DNA from: the human T2T-CHM13v2.0 reference genome, Homo sapiens
DNA length: 64,000 nucleotides
Assembly: GCF_009914755.1 (NCBI RefSeq)
Contig: NC_060926.1
Reading direction: 5' to 3' (one strand)
In this document: piece by piece, positions 1 through 12,735 of the stretch
Position numbering within the stretch: the stretch's first letter is position 1
Layout of the letters: each line of letters starts with the position of its first letter
Translations under genes and position numbers: made by a program
The notes under the pieces: model-generated
What the model saw: the letters and a program-made list of their open reading frames with translations, nothing else
The model's database searches: none
What the model was told of the DNA's origin: nothing

Positions 1-29
1 TGTGACAATGAATTGAAAATAAATTGTCT

Positions 30-900
30 CCAAGACAGTTTGTAAGATAAGGGACAATTGGACACTCTCATACACAGATGGTTGTACAGCTATTCTAGAA
101 TGCTGTTGGTGTGAGCTATTAAATTTCCGTATGTGCATGTGTGTTTGTGTATGTGTGTGTTTGTATGAAATGATTGTACATGGGCACAAAAAACATGAAA
201 AGTAGAATGCATAGATATTAGGTAACGGCAAAAAACACAATTACTCTTGCACCAACCTAATATATCCATGGAATATTATATAATAAAAAACTATACAGCA
301 AATAAAATAAACTACCATTACATTGGTGTAATTTGAAAGCTCTTTGGAAAATTAGCAGTCTCTACTTTAAACTGTGCCTGTACATATTCAGCAATTTTAC
401 TTCCCAACAGAAATGGGGAAGTGAGTTTATAAAACAGAAAACATAGAATGCTCATAGGAGGACTAAATGTATTAAGCCTAAACTGATTTTATGAAATGTC
501 CTTCCAAAATCGAGCAGAAACATAAATTGTGGCATATTGACACAACAGAGGACTGTCTGGTGGATATACATAGCATCATGGATAAATCTTACAAACAAAA
601 TTTTTAGCAAATTCAGCCAAACAAAAAGAAAGGAATTGATACTGTATTATTCTATATATACTTACAATTTTTAAAAAGAAATATCATCTATGATTTTAGA
701 AGTCAGAACAGTGGGTACTTTCTAAGAGAAGAGAAATGAGACAATGTGGGAAATTTTGGTGTATTAATAATGTTCTATTTCTTGACCTTGGTGGTAGTTT
801 AGTGAGTGTAATAACTTGGATATTATTTCTTGAATTGTGTACTTAGGAGTTGTCTACTTTTTATGGAAGTATATTAAACTAAAGTTGAAAATAGTATGAT
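30..900 (+). mobile_element. Old L1 (L1ME-like) 3' fragments
   Basis: Degenerate L1M 3' motifs (ggacactctcatacac, ctatttcttgaccttggtggtagtt, gaattgtgtacttagg). Confidence 0.55.
218..260. mobile_element. MADE1 (Hsmar1-derived MITE), internally deleted
   Basis: ttaggt followed by aacggcaaaaaacacaattactcttgcaccaacctaa, matching the MADE1 right arm; TA on both sides. Confidence 0.85.
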
Positions 901-965
901 TAATCCATACATCTTCTCTGTCATCCCAAAGGAGAAGAGTTTTGTGCAGTAGAGAAATACAGAGA

Positions 966-1250
966 GGCCGAGTGCAGTGGCTCACATCTGTAATCCCAGC
1001 ACTTTGGGAGGCCAGGTAAGAGCATCGCTTGATGCTGTTTGCTCGATTGCTTGAAACCCAGTTCAAGACCAGCCTGGGTAATATGGCGAAACCCCATCTC
1101 TACTAAAAATACAAAAATTATCTGGGTGTGGTGGTGTATGCTGGCAGTCCCAGCTACTCAGGAAGCTGAGGTTGGAGGATCACTTGAACCCTGGAAGTTG
1201 AGGCCTGGACAACAGAGTGAGACCCTGTCTCAAAATAAATAAATAAATAC
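966..1250 (+). mobile_element. AluJ (Jb-like)
   Basis: Dimeric Alu with ggaggatcacttga and gagaccctgtctc; (aaat)n tail; approximate TSD aaatacaga. Confidence 0.9.
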
Positions 1251-1299
1251 AGAAAAATAAATACAGGTATATTTGTAAACAACAAAACCTCCTGAAAGG

Positions 1300-1522
1300 A
1301 AAAGGTGTGGTTAAGGATGGAGTGTTCCTTTGAAGAATGGGATGAAGATTTGCATCTTGGCTCTGCTGCTTTATATTGCAACCCCTCGGTCAAGTAGGAA
1401 TCATTAGTTTCCTCGTCTGTAATATGGGGCAGATAATCTTTCCTGGGGCTTTTGTGGGCATTAAGTGAACTATCCAATGCAATGTGCTAAGCAAGAGCCT
1501 GACATAGCATGGGTGCTCAGCT
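1300..1522 (+). mobile_element. MIR SINE
   Basis: MIR core tagtttcctcgtctgtaatatgggg and 3' end cctgacatagcatgggtgctcag. Confidence 0.75.
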
Positions 1523-2473
1523 GACGCCTCCCTCATTCTCTAGGCAACCTACACACCAAGCCAGGTGATGACCACCATTTCCCTCAAAACCATACTCCTC
1601 ATACTCCTCTTTCTCTGCTGTTGCTGTAAGCTATTTATTGACTTGTGATATTCTTTATTTTATTTTATTTTTAATCTTTTTAGGTTCTTTGCTGTTTCCA
1701 ACTGAAGCTAGACATTTTCCTACTCCCATGAGTACAAGTTTCTTTCTCTAAAATTAAATTAGTAAAAGGGTTTTTTTAAAAAAGTTACACTTCTTAAGTG
1801 TAACACATTCACAAAGTATAAAAAATTATTAGTGTACTTTTGTATATTTTTGACCACACCTGAAACATTGCCTTAGGGTGGTGTCCAATGCAGTTTACCC
1901 AATTCCATTTTTAGTCTAGCCCATCTGTTCTTCCTCCCGCTGCTTCTCCTGTAGCCTTGCCCACATAACCTTTATTCTTGGCCTTCTCTGCTTTCTGTGC
2001 CACCCTAGTCCCCTCCAGAATGAGCCAGTGCCCCTACTGCTTGTGGGGAGCATTCACAAAGAATAAGCAGTTGCCATGATTCATTTTTTGTTTCAGATCT
2101 TAGACCTGAATCGTCTGTTTCATTCTATCTTGCTCTCTGCTTCCACTTTTCCTAATTTCCTGGACTCCTTAACTCCTGCTTTACACCTGATGTTCTTCTC
2201 CTGGCCCCTTGTTTTGGAAATCCAAATATACTGCTCCCCTGGTATTCACACTGGAAGTCTTGTCTTGATTTCCATTTGACTCTACATGGAAAAGGAGAAA
2301 AATAAACTTTCATTGATGACCTTCTAAATAGGATGTGTTCTGATTATTTATTTTTGTTTGTTTTGCTTGGAGGATGTGGGAGTTATAAATATAGGATGTG
2401 GGAAAATAAATGGGACAGGTTACAGAAAAGGATAGATCCAGAAACCCAAAGAAGGCACAGATTACTTAGAACT

Positions 2474-2701
2474 ATGGTTCTTAATCAGGGGCGATTTGTC
2501 CCCCAGGGTATATTTGGCAATATACCCTGGACTTTTTGGGTCTGCATTTTGTCTGCACTTTTGGTAAATGTTACTTGTGTCTAGTGGGTAAAGGCCATAG
2601 AAGCTCATTAACATCCTACAATGAAGAGAGCCCCTGACAATGAAGAATTCTCTGGTGACACGTGTCAGCAGCACTCATGTTATGAAACCCAGACTGGAGA
2701 A
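2474..2701. mobile_element. MER20 (hAT-Charlie)
   Basis: tggttcttaatcaggggcgatttgtcccccaggg...tctagtgggt...aacatcctacaatg...gaaacccag. Confidence 0.8.
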
Positions 2702-3701
2702 TTGCAGGGGCAAAGTGGGGAGAGAATGAGGAGATGGTGAGCTTTCAGCAAACAGCAGGTGGTGGGCTAGGTCCTTATAGGTTTTAACTGCTTGCCAGCA
2801 GAGTGAGATTGGAGTAGCTACCACATAGACTGGAATAAGATAGGGGTTTCCAAAGAGGATCCGAATGAAGTCTTTCATGGTAGTCAATGTTATTTTTTCT
2901 GCCAATTCACTACTTAAGGCATATTACTTTTCAAGTGTTTGGAAGTCAAATTTGAGTCTTTGCAGCTGTGACATCGTATTGAGACAGATTTGAGAGAGGA
3001 TCAAGAAGACCTCACTGATGGGGTCACCGAAACTATTTCCCATCCTTATTGCTCCATCTAAGCCTGTTTTAACCCTTGAGAAGCGGGTGGGGAATAATGC
3101 CAGCTCAAGGATATGACCAGTGTTTCGATGGACATGTTCTAGCCTCTCTGAAGAAGATCCAGGCATTCTTCTCGCATCCTTTCTTGTATACAGTGATGGC
3201 ACTCTAGTAGCTTCTCCTCTTGTAGTGGCCTCCGCATTTGAAGAGGTTTCTGCCCTGTGCACGTGAACTCATTTACCCATTTCACGAGACTGTTTATGTT
3301 GATCCTAATGGTTGCAGCTAAGCTGTTTGCAATCTTGTCAGAAAAAGGCAAGCTCAATTCCGGCAGCTGAAATTTCATGTTTAATGCAGGCATAATACGA
3401 AAAACAACTGCTGCAATCAGAAAAGGCCCCGGGGGGACGTGTGGAAAGAGGAGTTTAGATAGCAGTCACACACGTTAACTGAGAATCGAACCCAGAGATG
3501 AAATTACTCTGATTACAAAGCTCCAGTTCGTTATGGTGCCGGCATTATTCTCCCCAGGGCTTCTGTCATCCTTATCTCCAAGGGTCAGAAAAATCCTAAA
3601 TCAAAGTTAAACTTCCAGGTAAGAAGAAAATACATTGAAAATATTACATCAGTATTTATTGTTTGGAAGAAAAGAAAAAGACATTCATTTAAGTAGAGAA
3701 C

Positions 3702-4092
3702 TGTAACATTACTGCAGATGTCTGCCCGACATCCTTCCCCTTCTTTCCTGAGAGGAGAACCCTGATGTTTCTAGGCATGTCTCTACCTCCTCCATTTAAG
3801 TCACTCATGAGTGTTCTCAGTCCCCTTGCTAGTGATGGGTTTAGGCTTCAGCATCTGACACAATCCTGGACAATCAGATGGCCTGATGGATGTTTCCAAT
3901 AAAGAAGACAGGTAAATTCAGTGGGAGGCCAGTGCCTGAGGAAGGCCAAGTAGATATGTGGAAACCCAGAATCTAATGATATGGTTGGAACATTGACATA
4001 GCCATCCTCCCTCTGGATTTGTGAAAATAATGTTTAAGTTGCTTTGTGTTGGGGTTTGTATTTGCTTGCAGTAAAAACATCAAACTAATAAA
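3702..4092 (+). mobile_element. Old ERVL/MaLR solo LTR (LTR33/MLT1-like)
   Basis: catccttccccttctttcctgagaggagaaccc; 3' end ttgcttgcagtaaaaacatcaaactaata. Confidence 0.5.
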
Positions 4093-4474
4093 ATAACTTT
4101 ATATTTGCCACAGAAGGTGCACCATCTTCTTTTCCAAAAGAAATAGTAGACATAGCAACTGTATATTCGCAAGTCAGTGAAACTGGTAATCCACCACTGT
4201 TTGCACAAAGGAAGGAACATTTCAAGTGGTTCAGTCTCCACCACTTACTTTGTTTCCTTGAGCAACTCGAACTTCAATGTCCTTAAGTCTATGAGGTGCT
4301 TGTATTACTCTATACACTCAACCTGAGTACTGTTATTTGTTAATTTCACACTTCATTTCAAATTTGTTCTGAATAGGGCTCATAGAGCATCAGTTTTTAT
4401 CCTTAGAACAAGTACATAAAAAGTCTCATTGACAATATTAGTCTTTGCTGTCCCTAATATTCTATATAAATTAT

Positions 4475-4780
4475 GGCTACGTGCAGTGGCTCATGGCTTG
4501 TCGTCACAGAAATTTGGGAGGCCAAAGTGGGAGGATTGCTTGAGCCCAGGAGTTTGAGACCAGCCTGGCAATGTAGTGGGACCCCATCTCAACAAAAAAT
4601 AAAAACCAAAAAAATTAGCCAGGCATGGCGGCGTGTGTCTAGAGTTCTAGCTACTAAGGAGGCTAAGGTGGGAGCATTACTTATTGATCAAGTGAGGTCA
4701 AGGTACCCTGAGCCATAATCACGCTGCAGCTTGGGTAACACAGGGAAACCCTGTCTCAATAAATTTAAAAAAATAAATAA
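4475..4780 (+). mobile_element. AluJ
   Basis: ggaggattgcttgagcccaggagtttgagacc; diverged dimer with A tail. Confidence 0.9.
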
Positions 4781-5174
4781 ATTCTACTTGTCCTTTTACC
4801 TGTTACCTGGTATTTCTAGATCAGCAGACATTTAAATGTCTCGTTTAAACTTCATCATTATCTTCAAAAGATGATTAAGAACCCAATTTTATATTATATT
4901 GTGTGTACCTACATGACTTTGATTATAAGATAATGTAGAATTATAATGCCATTAAATTTAACACATATTTACTGCATTCTTATCACTATTTTCTTAATTA
5001 TTGATGTCTCATATTTGTATGGTATTTTAGAAATTATAGAGTAATTTTATATTCATTCTTTAATTCTAATCAGATTAACATATACCAAGCATTGTGCCAG
5101 ATGCAGAGGGAATTTAAGAAAAATAGAAAAATGGCTTGGCTAACTGAAATAACAAACAGAAGTTTTATTGAGAA

Positions 5175-5780
5175 TTTTTTTTTTTTATTATACTTTAAGT
5201 TTTAGGGTACATGTGCACAATGTGCAGGTTAGTTACATATGTATACATGTGCCATGTTGGTGTGCTGCACCCATTAACTCGTCATTTAACATTTGGTATA
5301 TCTCCTAATGCTATCCCTCCCCCCTTCCCCCATCCCACAACAGACCCCAGTGTGTGATGTTCCCCTTCCTGTGTCCAAGTGTTCTCATTGTTCAATTCCC
5401 ACCTATGAGTGAGAACATGCAGTGTTTGGTTTTTTGTCCTTGCAATAGTTTGCTGAGAATGATGGTTTCCAGCTTCATCCATGTCCCTACAAAGGACATG
5501 AACTCATCATTTTTTAATGGCTGCATAGTATTCCATGGTGTATATGTGCCACGTTTTCTTAATCCAGTCTATCATTGTTGGACATTTGGGTTGGTTCCAA
5601 GTCTTTGCTATTGTGAATAGTGCTGCAATAAACATACGTGTGCATGTGTCTTTATAGCAGCATGATTTATAATCATTCAGGTATATACCCAGTAATGGGA
5701 TGGCTGGGTCAAATGGTATTTCTAGTTCTAGATCCCTGAGGAATCACCACACTGACTTCCACAATGGTTGAACTAGTTTA
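5175..5780 (-). mobile_element. 5'-truncated L1PA (PA3/PA4-like), 3'UTR plus ORF2 end
   Basis: Poly-T followed by ttatactttaagttttagggtacatgtgc...ctcgtcatttaacatt; close to the young L1 3' end. Confidence 0.95.
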
Positions 5781-5889
5781 ATTAAAGCCAAATATCAGTA
5801 ATGCTATAAAGTATTCCATCCACTCTTCACATACTAGCTTGATACTCGATAGATGAGAAGTGTATTTTGATATGTGGCTCCATGGCACT

Positions 5890-6149
5890 ATTTTTCCCCC
5901 AGCTTTATTAAGGCATAATTGACAAATTAAAAATAGCATATATTGAAGATGTACAAGTGGGGTGTTGCGATATGTATACATTGTGAAATGATTACACAAT
6001 CAAGCTAGTCAACATGTTTATCACCTCACATAGTTACCATTTTCTGTGTGTGTGTCTGTGTGTGGAGTAAGAAACACATAAAATCTACTTTCTTAGAAAA
6101 TTTCAATACATAATACAGTATTACTAACTACAGTCACCATGCTATACAT
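5890..6149 (-). mobile_element. L1MA (MA8/9-like) 3' end
   Basis: cagctttattaaggcataattgacaaa...cacctcacatagttacc; TSD tggcactatttt (5883) / tggcacaatttt (6150). Confidence 0.8.
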
Positions 6150-6769
6150 TGGCACAATTTTAAATCCAAAGGTAACAGATATGTGAGGACTCACTAAATC
6201 AAAGTGGTCTTTTTTAAAACGTAGAAACATTTATTTTATTTGCATGACTTAAACATCTGTCTGTCCTGAGTGACATGCCTATGTAACTTGTACATCTCAA
6301 ATTGTTAATTTTCTATTGGGAATCTGAAATTAAACCTGAAAAACTCCAAAAAGAATTCTCTATAAGACTATGTGGTAGATTCCTCTTTATTATGATATAG
6401 ATAATTATTTAATTTCTTTTGTTATATAGCTTTGCCATTTTTGCTTATGGAGAGCTAGGCAGAAAGCTTGATTGATATTTTTAGCTTATAGAGCTTTTTT
6501 TTTTTTTTTTTAACAATCTGACCTTTTTTTTTTTTTTTAAAAAAAAGAAGGCAGTTGAGAAAATGGTCTTTCTTTGGGGGTGTACTAAATCCTCTTGAGG
6601 TTACAATAATAAACAGTATTCTTCTTCTAATCCGGAATTTGGAGTTTTAGTAGCTAAATGTGTCACCGAAACTGAAAGTCATCATTGCAACTAATCTCAG
6701 GCTTGAATCTTGCTCCTTCATTTTCTATCTGCATGAGCTTGGAAAATGTGCTGAACTTCTGTAGTCTCC

Positions 6770-9493
6770 CTTTGCATCAATTATAAAATAAAAACAAATA
6801 CTATCTACACTATAGATGCAAAAATCATCAACAGAATAATAGAAAACTAAATCTAGAAACATAAAAAAAAGATTATATGCAATAGGCAAGTAGGATTTGT
6901 CCCAAGAACACAAGATTGTTTTAACCATGTGAAAATCTAATGATGTAATTCATCATATTAATAGAATAAATAACAAAAATACGTGATTATCTCAATAGAT
7001 GAAGAATGAAACAAATGACAAAATCTGCTACCCCTTAATAATAATAATAATAATAATACAAAGCCTGTAAAATTAAGAGTAGAAGAAAACTTAACTTGGT
7101 AAAAGGGGCAGCCATGAAAACCCCACAGCCTACATCAGACTCTGCTGTGAAAAATTAAATAATTTCCCCTAACATCAGGAACAACTCAGGGATTTCTGCT
7201 TTCAGCCGCTCCATTTACCATGGTGCTGGAGGTTCTGGCCCAGGCAATTAGGCGAGATAGAGAAATAGAAAGCATCTAGATTGGAAAGAAAGGAGTAAAA
7301 CTACCTTTATTTGCAGATGACATCATCTTATGTATATAAAATCCTGAGGAAACTTCTTAAAACTGTTAGAGCTAATAGAGAATTTTGTGAACATCAACAT
7401 CCAAAATCAATTGTATTTTTTGCCCTAGTAACGAAAAGCCCAAAAATTAAACAAAAAAAAGATTCCATTTGCAAAAACATCAACACGAATAAAACAATTT
7501 GATGAAATGAAATTAATCAAATCAAAATTAATTTAACAAAATAAATATAAAGCTTTCCTCTGAAAACCATAAAAAATTGTTGGAAAAAAAATTTAAAAGA
7601 CCTAAATAAGTAAAAATATATCATTTGAACTTAGATATGAAGATTTAATATTATTGAGTTGATATTTCCCAAATTGATGTACCGATTCAGCACAATATTT
7701 GTCATGATCCCAGCTATTATTTTTGCAGAAATTGACAAGACAAAAATTAATATGGAATTTAAGGGATCCAGAATATTCAAAACCATCTTAAAACAGAAGA
7801 ACAAAGCTGAAGGACTCAGGCTTCCCAATGTCAAAGCTTCCTACACAGCTGCAGTAATCAGAAAAGCATGGCACTGGCAGTCAGCACTGGTGAAAGGAGA
7901 GACACACAGATTAATAGAATCCAACTGAGCGCCCAGAAGTAAATCCTCACGTTTATTGTCAATTCATTTTTGAAAACAGTGCCAAAACAATGAAATAGGG
8001 GAGGGAACAGTCTTCTCAACCATTGATGCTGGAATAATTGGATATTCACCTCAACCTATATATAAAAATTAACTAAAAGTGTATCGAAGACCTGACTATA
8101 AGAGCTACAACTACAAAACTCTTAGAAGAAAACCAGTGCATTTCTTCGTGATCTTGAAATAGACTATATAGTTTCTTAGATATCACACTAAAAACAAACA
8201 AGAAAAAGAAAGAAAATGATAAAACAGACTTCTTCAATATTAAAAATTTGTGTGCTTTGAAGAATCCATTAAGAAAATAAGAGATAACCACAGAATGGAA
8301 GAAAATATTAGGAAATCATATCTTAGGGACTAATATAGTTAACCCTTTAACAATGCCCCTACACAGTCAAAAATCTGCATAAAACTTTTGACTCCCAAAA
8401 AACTTAACTATTAATATCCTACTGTTGACTGAAAGCCTTATTGATAGTCAATTAACACATATTTTATATGTTATACATTATATACTGTATTTTCACAATA
8501 AAGTAAGCTAGAGAAAAGAAAATGTTTAGAAATTCCTGAGAGAATATTATTTATTATTTATTAAGTTGAACTTATTAGAGAGAACATTATTTATCAAGTG
8601 GAGTTGGATCTTCACAAAGGTGTTCATCTTCCTCATCTTCACACTGAGTAGGCTGAGGAGGAGGAGTAAGAGGATGGGTTGGTCTTGCTGTCTCAGAGGT
8701 TGCAGAGGTAGAAGAAAATTCACATATAAGTGAACCCATGCAGGTTAAACCACATTGTTCAAGGGTCAATTGTATAAAAAGTAATAGAAAGAAAATAACA
8801 CAATTAAAAATGGGAAAATATATATGAATAAACATGCTCCAAATAAGATATTCAAATAGCCAAGAAACACAAGAAAAGATGCTCAACATCATTAGTTATC
8901 AGGGAAATGCAAATCAAAACCGTATTGAAATACAACTTCACATCCACTAGGATGGCTATCGTCAAAAATATAATAAAAAAAATGCAGAGAAATCGGAACC
9001 CTCACCCATTATTGGAAGGAACGTAGAAAGGTGCAGCCACCTTGTAAACAGTTTGACCGTTCTACAGAAGGTTAAACACAGAGATACCATATGACCCTGC
9101 TACTGAACTCCTCGGGACATACCTAAGAGAAATGAAAACACATTTTTACACTAAAGTATGTACATGAATGTCCATGTAAACTTTGTAAAAACAAATAAAT
9201 AGAAACAACTCAAATGTCAATACATTGTTTCATGGATAGATAAAATGTTATATATATGTGCTTGATTCCACATGGAATATTGTTTAGTAGATGTATTTTA
9301 AACATCACCTAAAATGAAAGAAGCCAGTCACACACAAAGAAGCATCAGTGGCAGGCTAAGGCTGGCGACACTGAGGGGAGTGAGGAGTGACTTAAAATTA
9401 ACTGTGGTGATGGTTGCACAACTCTGTGTATTTGAAAGAAATAAATTAAACTGCATGTTTTAAATGAATAAATTGCATGATATAAATTATATC
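6770..9493 (+). mobile_element. Old L1M (L1MB/MC-like) ORF2 and 3'UTR, interrupted by Tigger2a
   Basis: ORF2 remnant (ORF 7659..7928 FPKLMYRFSTI...LKQKNKAEGLRLPN); L1MB-type 3' end. Confidence 0.85.
8336..8772 (-). mobile_element. Tigger2a (MER28) TcMar DNA transposon
   Basis: TIRs tagttaaccctttaacaa / ttgttcaagggtcaattg with TA flanks; internal gagtaggctgaggaggagg...ttggtcttgctgtctcag. Confidence 0.88.
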
Positions 9494-9494
9494 T

Positions 9495-9851
9495 GCTATG
9501 GACTGATTTTTTTTGTCCCCATGAAATGTATATGTTGAAATTCGAACCCCCAGTGTTACAGCATTAGGAAATGGAGGCTTTGGAGGGTATTTAGGTCATG
9601 AAGGCAGAGTCCTCATGAATGGAGTTTGTGCTCTTATTAAAGAGTCCTAGGAAAACCCCTTTCCCCTTTCACCCTGTGAGGATGCAGGGAGAAGAGACAG
9701 CCTGCAACCTGGAGAGGACCCTCACCAGATGCTGAGTCTGCTGCTTCCTTGATCTTGGACTTCTCAGCCTCCAGAACTTTAAGAAAGAAACTGATGTTGC
9801 TTGTAAGCCAGCCAGTATATGACACCATGTGATGGCAACCTAAGAAAGACA
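9495..9851 (+). mobile_element. MLT1A/MLT1A0 MaLR solo LTR
   Basis: tgctatggactga...gtcctcatgaatgg...ttgatcttggacttctcagcctccagaact. Confidence 0.85.
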
Positions 9852-10588
9852 ATGTCTTGGGTAAAGTTGGGTTTGTGTGTGTGTGTGTGTGTATGTGTGC
9901 ATATTTTACACACATATATAGTACACACATATACAAAATAGAAAATTTAATACAAAAAAGGTGAAATAAAGAGAAATAGACAAATTTACAAATGCTGATT
10001 ATAAAAGAAAAATGGGTTAACTGGAATAGAAGAGCTTCTGATCATCAAATTGTAAATATGTACATACACATACATAAATATGATTTATGTCTTGACAGAA
10101 AAGTTCTACCCAGCACATATAAAGAATTTCAAAAAAATCAATAAGAAAAATCAACAAGAACAAGGCAAATAATTCAAATAAAAAATAAACAAAATACTTG
10201 ACTAGCTGCTTTGGCAAAAATAGCCAATAAACATTTCTAAAGGTTTTCAGGGAAATTTTTTTAACTTGAAAAATGCTTTGTGGGTACATAGTAGGTGTAT
10301 ATATTTATGGGGTATTTGAGATATTTTGATATAGGCTTGCAATGTGTAATAATCATATCATGAAAGAAACTATGCCTCCATGAATTTTCATAGTTCCTAA
10401 AATTCCTCTGGTTAATTCTAGTTTTATTCCGTTGTGGTCGGAGAGGATGCTTGATATTATTTCAATCTTTTTGAGTGTTTTAAGACTAATTTTGTTACCT
10501 AACATATGCTCTATCCTTGAGAATGATTCATGTGCTGAGGAAAAGAATGCGTATCCTGTGGCCATTGGATGAAATGTTCTGTAACATC

Positions 10589-10776
10589 TAGATCCATTTC
10601 ATCTACAGTGCAAATGAAGTCTGATGTTTCTTCAATCCATTGGGTCTATAGTGGTCTCATTAGATCCATTTGGTCTATAATACTGATGAAGTCTGATGTT
10701 TCTTAGATCTATTTCCTCTATAGTGATCTCATTAGATCCATTTGGTCTATAGTGAAGATTAAGTCTGATATTTCTT
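10589..10776. repeat. 72-bp tandem repeat (about 2.6 copies) inside L1
   Basis: tagatccattt starts at 10589, 10661 and 10733. Confidence 0.85.
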
Positions 10777-12428
10777 TGCTGATTTTCTGTCTGAAAGATC
10801 TGTTCAATGCTGAAAGTGGAGTGTTGAAGTCTCAAGCTATTATTGTATTGGAGTCTATATCCTTCTTGAGCCCCAACAATATTGGCTTTATATATCTGAC
10901 TACTCCAGTATTGGGTGCATATATATTTAAAATTATTTTATTGTCTTGCTAAATTCACCCCTTTATCATTACATAGTGAACTTCTTTGTTTCTTCTTACA
11001 GTTTTTCTCTTGAACTCTACTCTATTTTGCCTCATGTATGTATAACTATTCCTGCTGTTTTTTGGTTTCCATTGGTATGGAATATCTTTTTACATCCTTT
11101 CATTTTCATTCTGTGTGTGTCTTTATAGGTGAAGTGTGTTTCTTGTAGGCAATAGGTTAATGGTCCTTTTTTTCAATCCATTCAGCCAGCTTATGATTTT
11201 CATTGGAGAGTTTAGTCCACTTACATTCAATATTATTATTGATAAATAAGGATTTATTCCTACCATTTTGTTATTTGTTTTCTGGTTGTTTTGTTGTATT
11301 CTATTCCTTCTTTCTTTCCTTCCTGTCTTCTTTTTAGTAAAGGTGATTTTCCCTAATGATATAATTTACTTTCTTGCTTTTTATCTTTTGTCTATCTTTT
11401 GTATGGTTTTTTGTTTGTTTGTTTGTTTGAGGATACCATGAGGCTTGCACATACTATCCTATAACCCATTATTTCAAGCTGATAACAACATAGCACTGTT
11501 TGCATAAACAAATACATAAACCACAAGAAAACTGATAAAGACTCTATGCCTTAATTTTTCCCCTCTTTTCAGCAGTTTGTTGTTACTATTTCTCTTACTG
11601 TACTATCTATGTCTTAAAAAGTCGCTGTAGTTAATATTTTTGACTGGTTCATCATTTACTTTTCCTACTTAATAAGAGTAGTTTACATACCACAGTTACA
11701 GAGTTATAATGTTCTGTGTTTTTCTGTGTGCTTTATTACCAGTGAGTTTTATACCTTTAGGTGATTTTTTTATTGCGCATTAATGTCCTTTTCATTCTGA
11801 TTGAAGTACTCCCTTTACCATTTCTTGTAGGAAAGGTCTGGTGTTGATAAAATCCTTCAGCTTTTGTTTGTCTGGGAAAGTCTTTATTTCGCCTTCATGT
11901 TTGAAGTACATTTTCACCAAATATACTACCTTGAGGTAACAGTTTTCTTTCCTCCAGCACTTTAGTTCCATCATATCTCTCTCTTCTGGCCTTTAAGGTG
12001 TCCACTGAAAAGTCTGCTGTTAGATGTTTTGGAGCTCCATTGTATGTTATTTGTTTCTTTTCTCTTGCTGCTTTTAGGATTCTTTCTTTACTGTTCACCT
12101 TTGGGAGTTTATTAAATGCCTTGAGGTCATCTTCTTTGGGTTAAATCTATTTGATGTTCTATGATGATTTTGTACTTGGATGTTGATAGCTTTCTCTCAA
12201 TTTCAGGCGTTCTTTGTTATTATCCTGTTGAATAAACTCTCTATTTCTATCTCTTTCTCTATTCCTCTTTAATGCGAAAACTCTCACATTTGCCATTTTG
12301 AGGCAGTTTTCTGGATCTTGCAGGGGTGCTCATTGTTTTTTATTATTTTCTTAATTTCCTCTGATTTTGTATTTTCAAGTAGGCTGCCTTCAAGTTTACT
12401 AACCCTTTCTGCCTGATTAATTCTACTA

Positions 12429-12735
<307 letters not shown>

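Noticed and set aside
2675-3393. Three adjacent minus-strand ORFs as a processed pseudogene
   Set aside because: No recognisable homology, poly(A) tail or TSD.
5282-5620. Near-identical ORFs at 5282/5354 and 41401/41521 as a duplicated gene
   Set aside because: Both are the shared L1 ORF2-end/3'UTR of independent L1PA insertions.
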